DNA of 64,000 nt, taken from a virus. The notes below the pieces were generated by a model. It ran no database searches and was not told the DNA's origin. It saw only the letters and a list, made by a program, of their open reading frames with translations. Shown piece after piece: positions 59,461 to 64,000 of this stretch (position 1 is the first letter of the stretch; each line of letters starts with the position of its first letter). The position numbers and the translations under genes are program-made. The stretch lies in IMG/VR virus record IMGVR_UViG_3300017917_002918, positions 103,402 through 167,401 of that record; one strand, given 5' to 3'.

Positions 59461-59535
59461 TAGGGATAGATTTGCCTGATCCGCAAATCGATAAGAGTGT
59501 AATCCTAAATACTCTTCCCTATTTATTTTTAGGAT
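59461..59535 (+). ncRNA. structured leader RNA with possible pseudoknot
   Basis: UAGGGA/UCCCUA closing GAUUUGC/GCAAAUC and AAGAGUGU/AUACUCUU hairpins; AUCCUAAA complementary to downstream UUUAGGAU. Confidence 0.55.
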
Positions 59536-59659
59536 AAAAACTAAAACAGCAAGTACAAGAGTGGACTTACACCATAGTCAGGTGTCCCATTCTTTTTTTA
59601 TATATCCAACATTAACAAAACAATAACCCAAAAATACAGAGTAAAAGGAGTGTAACATC

Positions 59660-60496
59660 ATGTTACAACAAAATAAACGAGTACTAATTGCAAATCCAAT
59701 CTCAAACAGAGCATGGATTCTTCCTCATTTCTTGCAACATATATATGATTTAGATTATCCCAAACATCTGATTTCATTTTATTTCATAGTCAACAATTCG
59801 ACTGACGATTCCCTAAACATGCTAAAAGAATTTAAAGAAAAATATAAATCAGAATATGATGATGTCAAAATTGAGATATTGAATAGTCCCACTAAATTTA
59901 AAGATGATCGTGTGACACAAATAAGAGAAGCACATACTTATACATGGCTATCGTTTTTGCGTAATCGTATAACAAAGCAATGCGTTAAAGGTAATCATGA
60001 TTATTTGTTCTCTTGTGATAGTGATATATTGGTGAGCAAAGATTGCTTGACTAGGTTACTTTCGCACAATTTACCTTATGTAGCATCGCTTATATATAAT
60101 GGATACCTTTTTACACCACCAAATTCAGCCAGCAATTATGATTCATTGAGTATGGCTTATAAATTTCCTAATATATTGAAATATGACAACAATACTTATG
60201 TACATATAGTTAATTACAAGGTTAAGAATCCAAACTTAAATCCTGTGGGAACATTGATCGAAACGGACTTTACAGGCGCTTCGTTTGTCGCTTCAAAAGA
60301 TGTGTGCAAAGTAATGGAATATGATTGGCACAAACAAGGCGAGGATTTACCAGCTAGTTTATCGGCTAAAAAAGCAGGATACACATTATATTGTGATGCT
60401 TCTGTATATAGTCAACATATAATGTCCGAGGAATTATTACATAAATATTTAAATGGTGAGTTAAAATATGCAAATGGTGATGTAATTAAAATATAA
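59660..60496 (+). CDS. GT2-like (GT-A fold) glycosyltransferase
   Basis: VNNSTD.S, LRN, CDSD (DxD), GED. Confidence 0.85.
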   Translation: MLQQNKRVLIANPISNRAWILPHFLQHIYDLDYPKHLISFYFIVNNSTDDSLNMLKEFKEKYKSEYDDVKIEILNSPTKFKDDRVTQIREAHTYTWLSFLRNRITKQCVKGNHDYLFSCDSDILVSKDCLTRLLSHNLPYVASLIYNGYLFTPPNSASNYDSLSMAYKFPNILKYDNNTYVHIVNYKVKNPNLNPVGTLIETDFTGASFVASKDVCKVMEYDWHKQGEDLPASLSAKKAGYTLYCDASVYSQHIMSEELLHKYLNGELKYANGDVIKI

Positions 60497-60548
60497 ATAT
60501 ATAATAATAACAAATAAAATAAACAGAGTAAAAGGAGAAAATGGAGAT

Positions 60549-61652
60549 ATGGGAAAAGTAATATATTGTTTGGCAGAGATGGCATATCAGTTCAATATGA
60601 ATTTGGATTTGCGTGGTGGTGGAGAACGCTGGCTCGAAGATTTTGTTAGTTTATTAAAGAATAATGGATACATAGTAAAGTTATATCAATTCAGTCATAA
60701 ATATGAAGTAAAAAAATTTAGAGGACATAAAATAACAGGCATCGGTAATATTAAAACAAATAATTATGAAAATGACTCATTGGAAGGCGTAAAATACTTT
60801 CAAGAACAAGCGAAGGATGCAGATGGTATATTCTTATTATCCATGAATCTTAGTAAGTTCAAATTCCATAAACCTACACTCACTGTTTCACATGGGTTAT
60901 GGTTTGATAATAATACAGATTACACTAATCACGGATTTAACTTAATGGATATGATGAAGAATTGGGTGAGAAACGCTACAAAAGTAATAAGCGTAGATAC
61001 GAACAGTATTCATGCTATGCAATTATTATATCCTAAGTTTTGTGGTAATATGACTTACATACCAAACTATGTTGACTTAAATATATTCAAATCAAACGAA
61101 ATCGAAGATGATGGTAAATTCAGAATCATATTTGCCCGAAGGATTTCGCCTGAACGAGGATATAAGGTAATGCTCGAAGCCAGTAAAATAATTTGTCAAA
61201 AATATAATGATATAGAGATAACTTTTTGTGGCAACGGACATGAGCATGAATTGAATTATTTAAAAAATGAAATTAAAGACATTCCTAGTATTTCTCATAC
61301 ATATTACGAGCCAAACGATATGTACAAAGCATATGATAATCAACACGTAAGTATTGTAAGTACAATTAGGGGCGAAGGAACATCATTGAGCTGTTTAGAA
61401 AGTTTGGCGAGTGGTTGTGTACCAATAGTTACAACAATCGGTGGGTTAACTGATATCGTCAGACATGGTTGTGATGGATTAATTATACCACCTGGTGATG
61501 TTGATGAATTAGTTAAAGCTATTGAATATTTATATAATAATAGAGATAAGTTAAAAGAAATGAGAGACAATGGATTGCGTAATATAAATGCGTTTAGCAA
61601 AGATAGATGGGAAAGTCAAATACTAGAAATTGCAAATGAAACTTATAAATAG
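60549..61652 (+). CDS. GT4 (GT-B fold) glycosyltransferase
   Basis: GGGER, RRI..ERG, EGTSLSCLE (EX7E), GG..DIV. Confidence 0.9.
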   Translation: MGKVIYCLAEMAYQFNMNLDLRGGGERWLEDFVSLLKNNGYIVKLYQFSHKYEVKKFRGHKITGIGNIKTNNYENDSLEGVKYFQEQAKDADGIFLLSMNLSKFKFHKPTLTVSHGLWFDNNTDYTNHGFNLMDMMKNWVRNATKVISVDTNSIHAMQLLYPKFCGNMTYIPNYVDLNIFKSNEIEDDGKFRIIFARRISPERGYKVMLEASKIICQKYNDIEITFCGNGHEHELNYLKNEIKDIPSISHTYYEPNDMYKAYDNQHVSIVSTIRGEGTSLSCLESLASGCVPIVTTIGGLTDIVRHGCDGLIIPPGDVDELVKAIEYLYNNRDKLKEMRDNGLRNINAFSKDRWESQILEIANETYK

Positions 61653-61671
61653 TTGTAAACGAGGGCGTTAT

Positions 61672-62454
61672 ATGACATATGTACCAATAGTTATAGCATT
61701 TAGTTCTACTTGGTCTAAATTTATTCAAGTACAGCTTTTTTCTCTATTCTCAAACAATAAATATCCAATTAAAGTTTATTTATTATCTGAGAATTTATCA
61801 GAATATGACTTGGCTCGATTTAATAATATATGTGATTATTTTGGCAACGATTATGTTTGCGAATACATTGATTGTTCATCCATTTACTCAAATTATATAA
61901 CATCTGATATTAATGTAGACGCTAGATTTACTAAGTACACTTTGTTGAGATTGCTAATTCCCTACTTAATACAAGATGACAAAGTTCTATATCTTGACGG
62001 AGATACATTGGTTATTGATGATATACAAGATTTGTGTAACATGGATTTGAAAAATAACATGATGGCAGGTTGTATTGACACAGGTATAGCACCTGAGTAT
62101 AAAATGTCCATTGGTTTAGACACTAAGTTACCCTATGTAAATGCAGGAGTATTGTTACTCAATCTTCGTAAAATGCGTGAAGAGCAATTACATGATGGTT
62201 GTTTAGATTTGATCAATAATAGATACTTACTTGGACATGATCAATGCACTCTTAATCTCATAGCAAATGGTAGTGTTGAAGTTATAGAACCTATTTATAA
62301 TGCATGTTTGTCTACACAATATGATATACCAGTTGATGATGTTAAAATAATTCACTATGCAGGAGTTAAACCTTTAGATACATGGGTTAAAGATTTGCCG
62401 TATGCAGTCTTATGGCAAGAATGGGAGAGTAAATTTAATGAGTGTATTCCTTGA
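61672..62454 (+). CDS. GT8 glycosyltransferase
   Basis: RLLIP, VLYLDGD, NAGVLL.NL, DQ..LN, IIHYAG..P. Confidence 0.9.
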   Translation: MTYVPIVIAFSSTWSKFIQVQLFSLFSNNKYPIKVYLLSENLSEYDLARFNNICDYFGNDYVCEYIDCSSIYSNYITSDINVDARFTKYTLLRLLIPYLIQDDKVLYLDGDTLVIDDIQDLCNMDLKNNMMAGCIDTGIAPEYKMSIGLDTKLPYVNAGVLLLNLRKMREEQLHDGCLDLINNRYLLGHDQCTLNLIANGSVEVIEPIYNACLSTQYDIPVDDVKIIHYAGVKPLDTWVKDLPYAVLWQEWESKFNECIP

Positions 62455-63247
62455 AGTAACGACAAAAATAGGATGTCCTGTAAATTGTGATTATTGTCCA
62501 CAATCCCTATTTTTAAGTCAATATAAATCAGAAATAATGAACTTATCCTTGGATAATTTTAAACTTGCGATAGATAAACTACCTGAAAATAGCACAATAT
62601 CTTTTGCGGGATTCAGTGAACCTATGATGAATAGTGACGCTGTAGATATGATTGAATATGTGTACTCGAAAAATCATAAGATTATGTTGTTGACCACACT
62701 CGTTGGTATGACTATTCAACAATATGATCGTATTAGACATTTGAATTGGGATCACTTCTCTATTCATTTACCTGACAATAAAGGTAAAACTAAAATTAAT
62801 ATTACTCAGGACTATATCAATTTGCTTACGTATGTGGTTTCAAATCCTCCAAATGGCATGTTTCTGTGCAATCATCATTTAGGTGATGTTCATGATTCTA
62901 TAAAACATATAATTAGTAGTAGCAACTTATTAACTATTCATGATCGTGCTGGAGCAGTCAAGACGAGTGACGCAATAGTTAAAGATTTGGACATCAAAGG
63001 CAACATTAAATGTGGTCATAGATTCTTATTTAATTATCCTAATGGTAGTGGTGTATTGTTACCCAACATGGACGTAATATTATGTTGTTCTGACTTTGGA
63101 TTACAATATAGATTAGGCAATCTAATGAACTCATCATGGAATGAAATAATGAATTCTGAGACAATGCAATATGTTATTAGTAGTTTGACTGATGAGTCAA
63201 AAGATAGTTTATGTAGAAAATGTTTTTTAGCAACTGCAATACTTTAG
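62438..63247 (+). CDS. radical SAM protein with SPASM/twitch-like C-terminus
   Basis: CPVNCDYC; EP; CC.D....LGN; C..C. Confidence 0.85.
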   Translation: MSVFLEVTTKIGCPVNCDYCPQSLFLSQYKSEIMNLSLDNFKLAIDKLPENSTISFAGFSEPMMNSDAVDMIEYVYSKNHKIMLLTTLVGMTIQQYDRIRHLNWDHFSIHLPDNKGKTKINITQDYINLLTYVVSNPPNGMFLCNHHLGDVHDSIKHIISSSNLLTIHDRAGAVKTSDAIVKDLDIKGNIKCGHRFLFNYPNGSGVLLPNMDVILCCSDFGLQYRLGNLMNSSWNEIMNSETMQYVISSLTDESKDSLCRKCFLATAIL

Positions 63248-63354
63248 CTCATGTGGAGATTCAGATCTAAATATGAAATCGTTGCTACCAGAATAGCCTC
63301 AAATAAATCACAATATCACAAAATAATAACCAAGAATACAAGGAGGAAATAACA

Positions 63355-63912
63355 ATGAACTTTGAAGAATTAAAAGTGAAATTAACCGAAACCAACAACA
63401 TAGACGAGGTAATGGAAACTGTGGAAATAATGACATATCTCCCCTATTCCCTACAAAAATTATATATTGATGATGTAATGGATTTAGCCATAGAAGAAAA
63501 TGATAATGGCACTACTGTTATAGATTTTTTACAACTTGAGCTTGCTAAAAACGTATACTTCTGCAAATACTTTACGAATCTTGAATTAAGTGAAGATAAC
63601 ATCATAGAACAATATGATTATTTAAATGAAAATGAAATATTTGAATACATATATAATTACGCACAAGGATCATCTCTTGTGAAGCTACAGGAGGCTCTAC
63701 AATCAACTTTAAATCAAAGAGTGACATTGGACAACTCATTAGAATGTGTTATTGCTGTGAGCCTTAATAAACTTGTTGATAAAATTCCAAATTTAACGGA
63801 ATCACAAATCACAAAATACGTTGATAAACTTGCAAAATCTATGAAGTCATTTAACCCTGACTCATATAAAAAGTTGGTTGACTTGTTTAACTTTAGCAAA
63901 GGCGAAAAATAA
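63355..63912 (+). CDS. hypothetical tail-module protein (possible assembly chaperone)
   Basis: YLP...K, YFTNL...YD.L; AAGGAGG RBS. Confidence 0.55.
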   Translation: MNFEELKVKLTETNNIDEVMETVEIMTYLPYSLQKLYIDDVMDLAIEENDNGTTVIDFLQLELAKNVYFCKYFTNLELSEDNIIEQYDYLNENEIFEYIYNYAQGSSLVKLQEALQSTLNQRVTLDNSLECVIAVSLNKLVDKIPNLTESQITKYVDKLAKSMKSFNPDSYKKLVDLFNFSKGEK

Positions 63913-64000
63913 GTCTCTACCCTACTCTATTATGATTGTGAGGTGAATATTTTGGATTTCAATTCAATTAGTGAGTTAGAGAAGTACTTGCTTGCACAAA

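Noticed and set aside
1426-63899. Numerous short antisense ORFs in the track (e.g. 1426-1812, 27531-27830, 33660-34016, 51334-51720)
   Set aside because: Shadow frames of well-supported genes on the opposite strand

Overview
AT-rich (about 28% GC by eye) segment of a large SPbeta-like phage or prophage, probably of a Clostridia/Bacillota host. Left arm (1-20 kb, mostly minus strand): a tandem array of Y-RNA-like (YrlA-type) ncRNAs with circularly permuted tRNA modules, a GNAT, XRE proteins, an IbrB/IbrA/SNF2 cluster, many small early genes behind sigma-A promoters that share a palindromic operator, a complete IS607 (tnpA+tnpB) and an SF2 helicase-like/DUF5659 pair. A compositionally distinct island of tiny plus-strand genes (about 20-24.4 kb) may lie at the virion DNA end. 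Next come membrane/MBL accessory genes and a tyrosine-recombinase-like gene. The right arm (29-64 kb, plus strand) has PcrA/UvrD, a YonO-like single-subunit RNA polymerase, PIN-PhoH, HU, tRNA-Trp, ClpP, terminase (one group I intron in Walker A), portal, ferritin, protease/scaffold, capsid and head-tail genes. The tail-tube gene is split by five ORF-less group I introns; one appears to need a non-canonical G-ending 5' exon. A GT2/GT4/GT8/radical-SAM cluster follows inside the tail module. All family assignments are from motif recognition by eye; no database searches were run.
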